This document shows, piece after piece, positions 1-9,659 of a DNA stretch of 64,000 nt. The position numbers were made by a program, and so were the translations under genes. Location: assembly GCA_963697335.1 (NCBI GenBank), contig CAVONQ010000018.1, forward strand, positions 32,001 through 96,000, written 5' to 3'. Source of the stretch: an uncultured cyanobacterium. GTDB lineage: Bacteria > Cyanobacteriota > Cyanobacteriia > PCC-6307 > Cyanobiaceae. Below the pieces are notes generated by a model. It saw nothing but the letters and a program-made list of their open reading frames with translations, searched no databases and was not told the origin of the DNA. How positions within the stretch are numbered: the first letter of the stretch is position 1; every line of letters begins with the position of its first letter.

Positions 1-107
1 TTGTTGATGTCGGGGTGGTACTGACGGGCCAGCCGCCTGTAGGCCCGCTTGAGGCTGTCCGCATCGGCATCGCGGCTGACAGCCAGCAGGTCGTAGTAGT
101 CCGCCAT
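1..107 (-). CDS. dnaJ: Chaperone DnaJ, N-terminal J-domain (partial, runs off the window)
   Basis: Manual translation from ATG at 107: [35 protein letters not shown], with the HPD motif; directly downstream of grpE. Confidence 0.93.
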   Translation of the reverse strand, partial: MADYYDLLAVSRDADADSLKRAYRRLARQYHPDIN

Positions 108-109
108 GG

Positions 110-868
110 TCAACCCCCGTGGGGTGGAGCACTGGACTCGTGCTCAGGCCCTGCCTGGGCCGCTTCTGCAGGGGAGGCGGCATCGCTGGGTCCCGGTCCC
201 ATGGACACCTTCACGAGGGCATGGCGCAGTACGCGGCCGTTGAGGTGATAACCCCGTTGCAGTTCCGCGATCACGACGTCCTCCGGGTGCTGGTCGCTGG
301 GCTCCCGCAACACGGCTTCGTGCAGCATCGGATCGAAAGGCTCGCCCTCCACGCGCATCGGCGAGACGCCCAGCTGCTTGAACACATCCACCAGCTGGCG
401 GTAGAGCCCCTGATAACTGCGGTGCAGTGACTGGGCCTCCTCATGCTGGGGATTGAGCTGCTGGCGGGCCCGATCGAAGTTGTCGAGAACCGGCAGGATC
501 TCGCCGAGGGTGGAACAGGTGATCTGCAGTCGCTGGTCTTCGCTGTCGCGACTCTGGCGTTTACGGAAATTATCGAAATCCGCCGCCAGGCGCATGTGCT
601 GGCCGTTGAGGCTCTCGTGCTGGCTCCTGAGGCTGGCCAGCTCCTGCTCCAGCGCCACCACCTGCTGGGCGGCGCTGGCGGCATCGGCCGTTGGAGATGC
701 CCCGGGCCCCGCTGCTGCGCCGGGGTCGCCGGCTCCGGCCTCCGGGGGGGCTCCCGCCGTGGAGGGGTCGAGCCCCTCAGCCGTGGCGGGGTGCGCCGTG
801 GCCTCGATCGGAGGCTGAAAATCCTGGGCGGGGTTGGTTTCGGGGCTTACCACAGGTTCACCGCTCAT
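110..868 (-). CDS. grpE: Nucleotide exchange factor GrpE
   Basis: [52 protein letters not shown] at 868 chosen (ORF open to 877). Confidence 0.96.
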   Translation of the reverse strand: MSGEPVVSPETNPAQDFQPPIEATAHPATAEGLDPSTAGAPPEAGAGDPGAAAGPGASPTADAASAAQQVVALEQELASLRSQHESLNGQHMRLAADFDNFRKRQSRDSEDQRLQITCSTLGEILPVLDNFDRARQQLNPQHEEAQSLHRSYQGLYRQLVDVFKQLGVSPMRVEGEPFDPMLHEAVLREPSDQHPEDVVIAELQRGYHLNGRVLRHALVKVSMGPGPSDAASPAEAAQAGPEHESSAPPHGG

Positions 869-966
869 GCGTGACAACGAGCACGTTCAGATCTAGACAT
901 GTTGGGGGGCAAACGGGCGGCTCACAACGGCGGAAGCCCGCACCTCCCCATCCTGGCGCCCAGCGC

Positions 967-2817
967 ATGCCGCTCACACCGTTCCCACCCTTCCCGCCGC
1001 CACCTCCGGGAGCCGAGCCTGGCCGCCTCAGCGCTGGTGGTGGCGGCCACGGCACCGGGGAACTGCTGCAGAAACCGCTGCTCGATCCCGCTGAGCTCAC
1101 GCCCGAGGAGGTGCGCAACCCCGGCCTGAGCTACGAGCGCTGGGACGAGCTCGGCGCCTGTCCCGTCAGGGAACGGCCCGGTGTGCTGGTGGTGGCCGTG
1201 CCGAGCGACTGGGGCCGCGAGCCTCGGTTGAACGTGCAGGCCGCCTTGAGCAAAGTGGGCCTCAAGGCGGAGTTTCTGGAGGCCCGACACAGCGACATCA
1301 CCGCTGCCCTGGACCAGATGGCCCTGCTGACCTCGCTGCGACAACCGGCTTACTCCTCGGATCAGACGTCAGAGGGAGTGGCCAACGATCCAGTGGAGCC
1401 TCGATCGCTCACGAAGGATCTCCAACTGCCCAGCGCCAGCGGGCAGTTGCAGGAGGTGCGGGAACTGGAGGATCTGGAGATCAGCGACATCGAACCCAGC
1501 TCCGGCGCCAACACCTCACCGATCGTGAGCCTGGTGGATCGGATCCTGATCGAAGCCCTCAGCATCGGCGCCAGTGACATCCACATCGAGCCCCACGATC
1601 AGAGCCTTGAGATCCGCTTCCGGATCGACGGCGTGCTGCAGAAACTGGTTGAGGATCTACCCCGGAGCCTGGTGCCGGCCGTCACCTCACGGCTGAAGAT
1701 CATGGCGGAGCTGGATATCGCCGAACGACGGCTGCCCCAGGACGGCCGGATCCGGCGCCTGTTCAGGGGACGCAAGATGGACTTTCGCGTCAGCACCTTG
1801 CCGACCCGAAACGGCGAAAAGGTGGTGCTGCGACTGCTGGATAGCAGCGCGACCCAGCTGGGCCTGGACGCCCTGATCACCAATGCCGAAGCCCGCGCAA
1901 CCCTGCGGGAACTGGGCAGCAAGCCCTACGGCATGATCCTGGTCACGGGGCCCACGGGCTCTGGGAAATCCACCACCCTCTACGCCCTGCTATCGGAGCG
2001 CAACAACCCGGACATCAACATCTCCACGGTGGAGGATCCGATTGAATACACGATGCCGGGCATCACCCAGACCCAGGTGAATCGAGACAAAGGGCTGGAC
2101 TTCCCCACCACCCTGCGGGCCTTTATGCGCCAGGACCCCGATGTGCTGCTGGTGGGGGAGACCCGCGATCTGGAAACGGCCAAAACAGCCATCGAAGCCG
2201 CGCTCACCGGCCACCTGGTGCTCACCACCCTGCACTGCAACGATGCGGCCAGTGCCATCAGCCGGCTGGATGAGATGGGTGTCGAACCGTTCATGGTGAG
2301 CGCCTCTCTGCTGGGCATCGTCTCCCAGCGACTGGTGCGCCGGGTCTGCAGCGCATGCCGCATCAGCTACCACCCCAGCCCGGAAGAACTGAGTCGATTT
2401 GGCCTGTTGAGCAGCGATGTCTCTGATGTGATCTTCTATCGGGCCAACACGTCCCGGAGACACCTGAACAGTGCCTGCCCCCATTGCAACGGGAATGGTT
2501 ATAAGGGCAGACTGGCCGCGTTAGAGGTGCTGCGGGTCAACGATGGGATCTCCACCGCCATTGCCCAGCGGCACACCACCGATGTGGTGCGGCGCCTGGC
2601 CCTGGAGAACGGCATGAAGACCCTGCTTGGCTATGGCCTGGAGCTGGTGCGGGAAGGCCATACCACCCTGGCCGAGGTGCAGCGCATTTTGCTGACGGAT
2701 TCAGGGCTGGAGAGTGAACGGCGCTCCCGAGCCTTGAGCACGCTCACTTGCAACGGCTGTGGAGCCGGACTCAGGGATGATTGGCTGGAGTGTCCCTACT
2801 GCCTCACCCCCCGTTGA
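967..2817 (+). CDS. pilB: Type IV pilus assembly ATPase PilB (GspE/PulE family)
   Basis: ASDIHIEP, LDIAERRLPQDGR, Walker A GPTGSGKST, TVEDPIEY, RQDPDVLLVGETRD, C-terminal CxxC..CxxC; start uncertain (ATG 967 avoids overlap with grpE). Confidence 0.93.
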   Translation: MPLTPFPPFPPPPPGAEPGRLSAGGGGHGTGELLQKPLLDPAELTPEEVRNPGLSYERWDELGACPVRERPGVLVVAVPSDWGREPRLNVQAALSKVGLKAEFLEARHSDITAALDQMALLTSLRQPAYSSDQTSEGVANDPVEPRSLTKDLQLPSASGQLQEVRELEDLEISDIEPSSGANTSPIVSLVDRILIEALSIGASDIHIEPHDQSLEIRFRIDGVLQKLVEDLPRSLVPAVTSRLKIMAELDIAERRLPQDGRIRRLFRGRKMDFRVSTLPTRNGEKVVLRLLDSSATQLGLDALITNAEARATLRELGSKPYGMILVTGPTGSGKSTTLYALLSERNNPDINISTVEDPIEYTMPGITQTQVNRDKGLDFPTTLRAFMRQDPDVLLVGETRDLETAKTAIEAALTGHLVLTTLHCNDAASAISRLDEMGVEPFMVSASLLGIVSQRLVRRVCSACRISYHPSPEELSRFGLLSSDVSDVIFYRANTSRRHLNSACPHCNGNGYKGRLAALEVLRVNDGISTAIAQRHTTDVVRRLALENGMKTLLGYGLELVREGHTTLAEVQRILLTDSGLESERRSRALSTLTCNGCGAGLRDDWLECPYCLTPR

Positions 2818-2862
2818 GGCCAAGCTGTCGCTGAAGCTGTCAGATCTGTAGCCCTGAGAACC

Positions 2863-3942
2863 ATGGCCGTGAGGATCGAAGAACTGATGACTGAGTTGGT
2901 CGCTGCGGGAGGCAGTGATCTGCACCTCAGCGCCGGGATGCCACCCTATGGCCGCTTCAACGGGCAACTCCGGCCGATCACTGATGAGCAACTAGATGAA
3001 GAAGGCTGCAACAAACTAATTTTCTCGATTCTCAGTCACTCCCAGCAAAAACGGTTGGAGCAAGACTGGGAATTGGACTGTTCCTATGGCCTCAAGGATG
3101 TGGCCAGATTCCGAGTCAATGTCTACCGGCAGCGGGGCACCTATGCCGCTTCCCTGAGAGCCCTTGGCAACACGGTGCCCTCGCTGGAAAGCCTGGCGAT
3201 GCCATCCATCGTAGAGGAAGTGAGTCGCTCGCCGAAAGGCCTGGTGCTTGTCACCGGGCCCACAGGATCCGGCAAGACAACCACCCTGGCAGCCATTTTA
3301 GACCGTATCAACCATACTCGTACCGAACACATTCTCACCATTGAAGACCCAATTGAGTTCACCCATGTTTCTGACAAGAGTGTCATTCATCAGCGCCAGC
3401 TAAATGATGATACCCACAGCTTTTCTAATGCGTTGCGAGCAGCACTCCGCGAAGATCCTGATGTGATTCTTGTGGGGGAGATGCGTGATCAGGAAACCAT
3501 TCAACTGGCAATCACCGCGGCGGAAACGGGGCATCTTGTGTTCGCCACTCTGCACACGAATTCGGCCTCTCAGACCGTCGACCGCATGGTGGATGTTTTC
3601 CCCGCCAACCAGCAGAGCCAGATCAGGGTTCAGCTCAGCGGCAGCCTGGTGGCGGTGTTTGCTCAAACGCTGTGTAGAAGGCACAATCCGATGCCCAATC
3701 AGCTCGGTCGGGTCATGGCCCAGGAGATCATGATCAGCACCCCAGCCATCGCCAACCTGATTCGCGAAGGAAAAACAGCTCAGATCTATTCGCAGATTCA
3801 GATGGGAGGCCAACTGGCCATGCAAACCCTCGAAAAATCGCTAGCCAATCTAGTACTCAGCAATCAAGTTTTGGTGGATGAAGCCCTCACCAAAACCAGT
3901 CGGCCCGAGGAGCTCAAGCGACTGCTGAGTCAACTCAGTTGA
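2863..3942 (+). CDS. pilT: Type IV pilus retraction ATPase PilT
   Basis: GSDLHL, RFRVNVY, GPTGSGKTTT, LREDPDVILVGEMRD, AETGHLVFATLHTNS, AIANLIREGKT. Confidence 0.96.
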   Translation: MAVRIEELMTELVAAGGSDLHLSAGMPPYGRFNGQLRPITDEQLDEEGCNKLIFSILSHSQQKRLEQDWELDCSYGLKDVARFRVNVYRQRGTYAASLRALGNTVPSLESLAMPSIVEEVSRSPKGLVLVTGPTGSGKTTTLAAILDRINHTRTEHILTIEDPIEFTHVSDKSVIHQRQLNDDTHSFSNALRAALREDPDVILVGEMRDQETIQLAITAAETGHLVFATLHTNSASQTVDRMVDVFPANQQSQIRVQLSGSLVAVFAQTLCRRHNPMPNQLGRVMAQEIMISTPAIANLIREGKTAQIYSQIQMGGQLAMQTLEKSLANLVLSNQVLVDEALTKTSRPEELKRLLSQLS

Positions 3943-3952
3943 GGCCATCGCC

Positions 3953-5209
3953 ATGCCGACATTCATCGCCAACTACGTGAAGCGGGGCAAGGTAGTCTCC
4001 ATTAAGATAGAGGCTGCTGATGTACTGCAGGCCAAGCGCAATTTACGCATGCAGGGGATTCGGGTCACGGACATCAAGGCCTCGCCCAACACGTCAGCAA
4101 TCAGGCAGAACACTGGGCGAGAGCTGAACCTGAAGTTCCGGAAATCGAGCCTGACCAACTCCTTTGAACGCAGACCGGGGGTCAGAGACAAGGCTGTGTT
4201 TGCCAACAAGCTGGCCGCTCTCATCACAGCCGGGGTGCCAATCGTGCGCAGCATTGACCTGATGGCGTCGCAGCAGACGTTGCCGCTGTTCAAACGAGCT
4301 CTGGAATCAGTGAGCCTGGAGCTGAACCAAGGCGTGAGCCTGAAGGACGCGATGTGCCGCTGGTCCAAGGTGTTCGATCGCCTCACCCTGGCGATGGTTG
4401 AGGCTGGGGAGGCGGGCGGCGTGCTGGATGAAACACTGCGCAGGCTCGCGAAACTCCTGGAAGCCAATGCCCGCCTGCAAAATCAGATCCGGGGCGCAAT
4501 GGCCTATCCGATCGCGGTGCTGTGCATCGCAATCGCTGTATTGCTTGGCATGACAATCTTTGTGATTCCAACCTTCGCCAAGATTTTTGTGGATCTCAAC
4601 GCTGAGCTCCCTTGGTTCACCCAGCTCATGGTGGACTTCAGCGGACTGATGCGATCACCATTTGCGTTTGTTCTCGCTGGAGCAATTTTGCTCACCCTAA
4701 TTACAGCCTTTAAGTTCTATCAGACACCCTTTGGCCGGCGCCAAGTGGATGGGCTTTTGCTGAAAGTGCCCGTCTTCGGTGATCTGATTCAAAAATCCGC
4801 CACCGCCCAGTTCTGTCGGACCTTCGGATCGCTCACCAAAGCCGGCGTACCCATCCTGCAGGCGCTTGATGTGGTTCGCGACATCACCTCAAATTCCGTG
4901 GTATCTGACACGATCCAGGGCAGTCGCCAGTCGTTGATGGAGGGCATCCCGCTGAGTATCGCTCTGGGTCGTGGCGGCGTCTTACCGGATATGGCCCTGA
5001 GCATGATGTCCATCGGTGAAGAAACTGGTGAAATGGACGTGATGCTCTCCAAGGTGGCTGACTTCTATGAAGATGAAGTTGAAACGGCCGTGAAGGCCCT
5101 GACAGCACTGCTTGAGCCGATAATGATTGTGCTGGTGGGGTTCATCGTGGGTGCGATCCTGATCGCCATGTATCTGCCGATGTTCTCCATCTTCGATCAG
5201 ATCAAGTAG
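3953..5209 (+). CDS. pilC: Type IV pilus platform protein PilC (GspF family)
   Basis: AGVPIVRS, MVEAGEAGGVLD, IGEETGEMD, LLEPIMIV..AMYLPMF; follows pilB-pilT. Confidence 0.94.
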   Translation: MPTFIANYVKRGKVVSIKIEAADVLQAKRNLRMQGIRVTDIKASPNTSAIRQNTGRELNLKFRKSSLTNSFERRPGVRDKAVFANKLAALITAGVPIVRSIDLMASQQTLPLFKRALESVSLELNQGVSLKDAMCRWSKVFDRLTLAMVEAGEAGGVLDETLRRLAKLLEANARLQNQIRGAMAYPIAVLCIAIAVLLGMTIFVIPTFAKIFVDLNAELPWFTQLMVDFSGLMRSPFAFVLAGAILLTLITAFKFYQTPFGRRQVDGLLLKVPVFGDLIQKSATAQFCRTFGSLTKAGVPILQALDVVRDITSNSVVSDTIQGSRQSLMEGIPLSIALGRGGVLPDMALSMMSIGEETGEMDVMLSKVADFYEDEVETAVKALTALLEPIMIVLVGFIVGAILIAMYLPMFSIFDQIK

Positions 5210-5244
5210 CCAGGTCGCTGCAATCTGTCAGTTTTTGCAACCAG

Positions 5245-6564
5245 TCAGCTGCCTGGCTGCAGCGGCGCGGCGATCGCCCTGCCGACCAGCCAGCCGGAGG
5301 TCCAGCAGTGCTGAAAGTTGAACCCACCGGTGACGCCATCCACATCGAGAAGCTCCCCGGCCATGTACAGGCCCGGCACGACACGACTCTCCATGCGCGC
5401 CGTGGTGAGCTCATCGAGGGGAACGCCGCCGGCGCTCACGAACTCTTCCCCGAAGGGTCCCCGGCCCCGCACGGTGTAGCGGGAGCGGCGCAAGGCCTGG
5501 ACCAGGGCCTGTTGGTCACGCCTGGTGAGGTCAGCCCAGCGCTGGGTGGGATCCACCCCCTGACCCTGCAGCAGATGCAGCCAGAGGCGTCGACTGAGCT
5601 CAGGCCAGGGCCGGGCATTGGCCAGCTGACGTTTCGCCTGATCTGAGCGGGCCGCGGCCAGCAGCGCGGCGAGTTCCTGCTCCGGGCGGCCTCCGGTCCA
5701 GTCCACCACGAGCTGGGCCCGATAGCGGGCGGTGTGCAGGGCGCGGGCGGCAAAGGCCGTGAGCCGCAGGGTGGCGGGCCCGCTCAACCCCCAGTGGGTG
5801 ATCAGCACGGGGCCGCCCTGCTGCAGCGTGCTGCCATCGGGAAGCTCCAGGGTCAGCTGCACCGGATCCATCACCACCCCAGCCAGGGCGGTTAGAGCCT
5901 CCGCCTCGAGCGCCAGGGTGAACAGGGAGGGCACGGGCGCCACCTGGGTGTGGCCGAGGCTCACCGCCAGGCGTCGTCCACTGGGGTGGCCACCCGTGGC
6001 CAGCACGAGCCGTCCGGCCAGCAGCGGCAGGGTGGACGCCGCACCGACCCGCACCTGGAGCGCAAAGCCCTCCTCCCGGCGCACCACCTGCTGGGCGCTG
6101 GCGCCGAGGTGCACAGCCACCCCGGCCCGGCGGGCAGCCTGGAACAGGGCCGTGACCACCGAGCTGGAACGGTTCGAGCGGGGGAAGAGCCGGCCGTCGG
6201 CCTCTTCCACCAGATCCAGGCCGTGGTCTGCGAACCAGGCCACCGCATCGCCGCAGGCAAAGCGTGCGAACGGCCCGCGCAGGGCCTTCTGGCCCCGGGG
6301 GTAGTGGCCCACGAGGCTGCGCGGATCCCAGCAGGCATGGGTGACATTGCAGCGCCCGCCGCCACTGATGCGCACCTTCTGCAGCGGCTCCGCCGTGGCT
6401 TCCAGCACATGGATGTCACGCACGCCGGCCTCGGCAGCGATGATCGCCGCCATGAACCCGGCCGCACCGCCGCCCACCACCACCACCGCCGCCCGATCGG
6501 GAAGCCCGCCCCGCCCGGAGCGCGGCTGGCGATCCGAGGGCTCCAGCGACGGATCAGGAGCCAT
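5245..6564 (-). CDS. HI0933/BaiN-family NAD(P)/FAD-dependent flavoprotein
   Basis: GGGAAG, KVRISGGGRCNVTH, LITHWGLSGPA, GELLDVDGVTGGFNFQ. Confidence 0.92.
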   Translation of the reverse strand: MAPDPSLEPSDRQPRSGRGGLPDRAAVVVVGGGAAGFMAAIIAAEAGVRDIHVLEATAEPLQKVRISGGGRCNVTHACWDPRSLVGHYPRGQKALRGPFARFACGDAVAWFADHGLDLVEEADGRLFPRSNRSSSVVTALFQAARRAGVAVHLGASAQQVVRREEGFALQVRVGAASTLPLLAGRLVLATGGHPSGRRLAVSLGHTQVAPVPSLFTLALEAEALTALAGVVMDPVQLTLELPDGSTLQQGGPVLITHWGLSGPATLRLTAFAARALHTARYRAQLVVDWTGGRPEQELAALLAAARSDQAKRQLANARPWPELSRRLWLHLLQGQGVDPTQRWADLTRRDQQALVQALRRSRYTVRGRGPFGEEFVSAGGVPLDELTTARMESRVVPGLYMAGELLDVDGVTGGFNFQHCWTSGWLVGRAIAAPLQPGS

Positions 6565-7609
6565 GGATCGGCAGCATGGGGAGATGCGGCAGCACGGGGA
6601 GAGCAGCCACCGCTTCAGCGTGGCTCCGATGATGGATTACACGGATCGGCATTTTCGGATGCTGATGCGGCAGATCACGCTGCACAGCCTGCTCTACAGC
6701 GAGATGGTGGTGGCCAACGCCCTGCACCATGCCCGGCAGGCGCCGGAGGCGGCCAGGCCGGGCGGACGGCTGGAGCGGCTGCTGGGATTCCACCCGGCAG
6801 AGAAGCCCTTGGCCCTGCAGCTGGGGGGGGACGATCCGGCCCTGCTGGCGGCGGCTACGCAGCTGGCGGCCGAGTGGGGCTATGACGAGGTGAATCTCAA
6901 TGTGGGCTGCCCCAGCGAGAAGGTGCGCAAGGGGCGCTTCGGGGCCTGCCTGATGGCGGATCCGCAGCGGGTGGCGGAGTGCGTGGCCGCCATGGCCGCC
7001 GCCTCGCCCCTGCCGGTGACGGTGAAGCACCGGATCGGCATCGACGACCAGGACTCCTACGCCGAGCTGCTGGCCTTCGTGGACACCGTGGCCACTGCCG
7101 GCGCCAGCCGCTTCGCCGTTCACGCCCGCAAGGCCTGGCTCAACGGCCTCGATCCCAAGGCCAACCGCACGGTGCCGCCCCTGCGCTACGACCTGGTGCA
7201 TCAGCTCAAGCGCGACCGGCCCCAGCTGAGCCTGGAACTCAATGGCGGACTGGAGACCCTGGAGGCCTGCCAGCGGCAGCTGGAGCTCGTGGACGGCGCC
7301 ATGGTGGGCCGGGCGGCCTATGCCCACCCGATGCACTGGGTGGGGGTCGACGGGCAGATCCATGGCGACACCAGCCGGCCGGCGGTGAGGGCCTCGGAGG
7401 TGGTGCAGGGACTGATCCCCTATGCCGTGCAGTGGCTGGAGCGGGGTGAGCGGCTCTGGCCCCTGGCCCGCCACCTGGTGCACCTGGTGCAGGGGGTGGG
7501 CGGGGCGCGCCGCTGGCGGCAGCAGATCAGCACCGCCGCCAGCGGGCGGGAGGCGGGCCCGGAGGTGCTGCAGCAGGCGGCCGACTGGCTGGAGAGCCAG
7601 GGGCTCTGA
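6563..7609 (+). CDS. dusA: tRNA-dihydrouridine synthase DusA
   Basis: FSVAPMMDYTDRHFR, ALQLGG, NLNVGCPS, VTVKHRIG, VHARKAWLNGLDPKANR; start 6563 or 6584. Confidence 0.93.
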   Translation: MDRQHGEMRQHGESSHRFSVAPMMDYTDRHFRMLMRQITLHSLLYSEMVVANALHHARQAPEAARPGGRLERLLGFHPAEKPLALQLGGDDPALLAAATQLAAEWGYDEVNLNVGCPSEKVRKGRFGACLMADPQRVAECVAAMAAASPLPVTVKHRIGIDDQDSYAELLAFVDTVATAGASRFAVHARKAWLNGLDPKANRTVPPLRYDLVHQLKRDRPQLSLELNGGLETLEACQRQLELVDGAMVGRAAYAHPMHWVGVDGQIHGDTSRPAVRASEVVQGLIPYAVQWLERGERLWPLARHLVHLVQGVGGARRWRQQISTAASGREAGPEVLQQAADWLESQGL

Positions 7610-7640
7610 TCCTGCTCCAGGCGGTTCCAGGGCTGGCTCG

Positions 7641-8117
7641 TCAGACCTCCTGGGCCCCGTCACCACCGCTGCTGCGACGGCGACGGGTGCGGCCCGCTCC
7701 GAAGGAATCGGCGGCGCCGCCGTAGCTGCGGTCTTCCCAGCCGCGCGATCCGGAGCCGCGATCGCCGCTGCCGGCAGCGCCAGCGCCATAGGCGGCACCG
7801 CCACCACCACCGCCATAGCCACCTCCCCCGCCGCCGTAGCCGCCCCCAGGGCGACGGGGGCCACCGCCACCGCCACTGCGGGGTTCGGCCTTGTTGATGC
7901 GCAGGGGCCGGCCCATCAGCTCGGCTCCCTGCAGAGCCTCGATGGCACGGGATTCCATCTCCGGATCCGCCATCTCCACGAAGGCGAAGCCCCGCTTGCG
8001 ACCACTGTCACGCTCCAGGGGCAGGGCACAACTCACCACTTCGCCGAAGGGTGCAAACAGCTCAGCCACATCCTCCTGCTCCGCGCGGAAGGGCAGATTG
8101 CCGACAAAGATGCTCAC
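7641..8117 (-). CDS. Cyanobacterial RRM RNA-binding protein with Gly-rich tail (Rbp family)
   Basis: RNP2 IFVGNL, RNP1 RGFAFVEM, LRINKAEPR, GGYG repeats; GTG start. Confidence 0.94.
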   Translation of the reverse strand: MSIFVGNLPFRAEQEDVAELFAPFGEVVSCALPLERDSGRKRGFAFVEMADPEMESRAIEALQGAELMGRPLRINKAEPRSGGGGGPRRPGGGYGGGGGGYGGGGGGAAYGAGAAGSGDRGSGSRGWEDRSYGGAADSFGAGRTRRRRSSGGDGAQEV

Positions 8118-8196
8118 GAACCAGGGGTAGGCACTCGGGCCTCGAACGGCTCCAGCCTAGGCCCGCCGCAGGGCTGCTCCCTCAGCCCTGCAGGCC

Positions 8197-9624
8197 TCAG
8201 CCCTGGAGTCGGCGGCGCGCCAGGTCCAGCTGCTCCCTCACCCGCTCAAAGGACGTGCCTCCCTCACTGCGCCGGGCCGCCACCACCTGGCGGGGGTCGA
8301 TGGCGGCATAGATGTCGTCGCGGAAGGCAGGGTGCAGGGCCTGCCAGCGTTCCATGGGCAGATCCCGCAACAGCACGCCCTCCTGGAGGCAGGCCTTCAC
8401 CAGGCCTCCCACAAGCTGGTAAGCCTCCCGGAACGGCACCCCCCGGGCCACGAGGTAGTCGGCCACATCGGTGGCATTGGAGAAATCGGCCGCCACCGCC
8501 GCCTCCAGCCGCCGGGGCCGGAACTCCAGGCCCTCCTCAAAGAGAATGGCCATGGCCTCGAGGCAATCGAGCACGGTGGCCACCCCGTCAAACAGGGCCT
8601 CCTTGTCTTCCTGGAAGTCCTTGTTGTAGGCGAGGGGCAGGCCCTTGATCATGGTGAGCAGGCCCATCAGGTGACCGAACACGCGGCCGCTCTTGCCGCG
8701 CACCAGTTCGGGCACATCCGGGTTCTTCTTCTGGGGCATCAGGCTGCTGCCGGTGGCGCAGCGGTCGCTGAGGGCCACGAAGCCGAACTCCTCGCTGGCC
8801 CAGAGGATCACCTCCTCGGCCAGGCGACTGAGATGGGCCAGCACCAGGGATGCCGCCGCCATGAACTCCACGGCGAAATCCCTGTCGCTCACCGCATCAA
8901 GGCTGTTGTCGTAGATGGCCTCAAAGCCAAGCTCCGCCGCCGTCTGGCGCCGATCGATCGGCACCGGGGTGCCGGCCAGGGCCGCGGCACCGAGGGGACA
9001 GATGTTGACACGGCGGCGCACATCGCCGAGCCGCTGCCGATCCCGCTCCGCCATGGCGACGTAGGCCAGCAGGTGGTGGGCCAGGCAGAGCGGCTGGGCC
9101 CTCTGCAGGTGGGTGTAGCCCGGAATCATGGTGTCGACGTGCCGTTCACCCTGCTGCAGCAGGGCGCGCTCGAAGCGCACCAGGGCGGCATCGATGGCAT
9201 CGATCCGCTGGCGCAGCCACAGCCGCAGGTCCGTTCCCACCTGGTCATTGCGGGAGCGGCCGGTGTGCAGCTTCTTGCCCAGCGGTCCGAGCAGCTCGAT
9301 CAGCCGCCGCTCCACGGCGAAGTGCACATCCTCGGCCTCCAACCCGGGGTTGAAGGCGCCGGCAGCCGCCTCGCGCCGCACCGACTCCAGCCCCTCGATC
9401 AGCCGAGAGGCCTCCGCCTCGCTGATCACCTCGCAGCGGCCCAGCATGCGGGCATGGGCGACCGAACCGTCCAGATCCTGCTGCAGCAGCTGGATGTCAA
9501 AACCGATCGAAGCATTGAAGCGCTCGATCGCCGGATGCAGCCCCTGGTCAAAGCGGTTGCTCCAGCCGCCGGCCTCAGCGCCGGTCACACCAGCCTGCGG
9601 CGAGGGGGAGGAAGGGGCGGCCAT
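8197..9624 (-). CDS. argH: Argininosuccinate lyase
   Basis: [52 protein letters not shown] at 9624. Confidence 0.97.
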   Translation of the reverse strand: MAAPSSPSPQAGVTGAEAGGWSNRFDQGLHPAIERFNASIGFDIQLLQQDLDGSVAHARMLGRCEVISEAEASRLIEGLESVRREAAAGAFNPGLEAEDVHFAVERRLIELLGPLGKKLHTGRSRNDQVGTDLRLWLRQRIDAIDAALVRFERALLQQGERHVDTMIPGYTHLQRAQPLCLAHHLLAYVAMAERDRQRLGDVRRRVNICPLGAAALAGTPVPIDRRQTAAELGFEAIYDNSLDAVSDRDFAVEFMAAASLVLAHLSRLAEEVILWASEEFGFVALSDRCATGSSLMPQKKNPDVPELVRGKSGRVFGHLMGLLTMIKGLPLAYNKDFQEDKEALFDGVATVLDCLEAMAILFEEGLEFRPRRLEAAVAADFSNATDVADYLVARGVPFREAYQLVGGLVKACLQEGVLLRDLPMERWQALHPAFRDDIYAAIDPRQVVAARRSEGGTSFERVREQLDLARRRLQG

Positions 9625-9659
9625 CGGGGCTGGGGCAGGCAGATCTGTCAGCTTGCCAC

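Noticed and set aside
2822..2841. AAGCTGTC direct repeat between pilB and pilT
   Set aside because: Only two 8-bp copies, not enough evidence of function.
7780..7880. CCGCCACCA-type tandem repeats
   Set aside because: They encode the Gly-rich tail of the RNA-binding protein and are not an independent repeat array.
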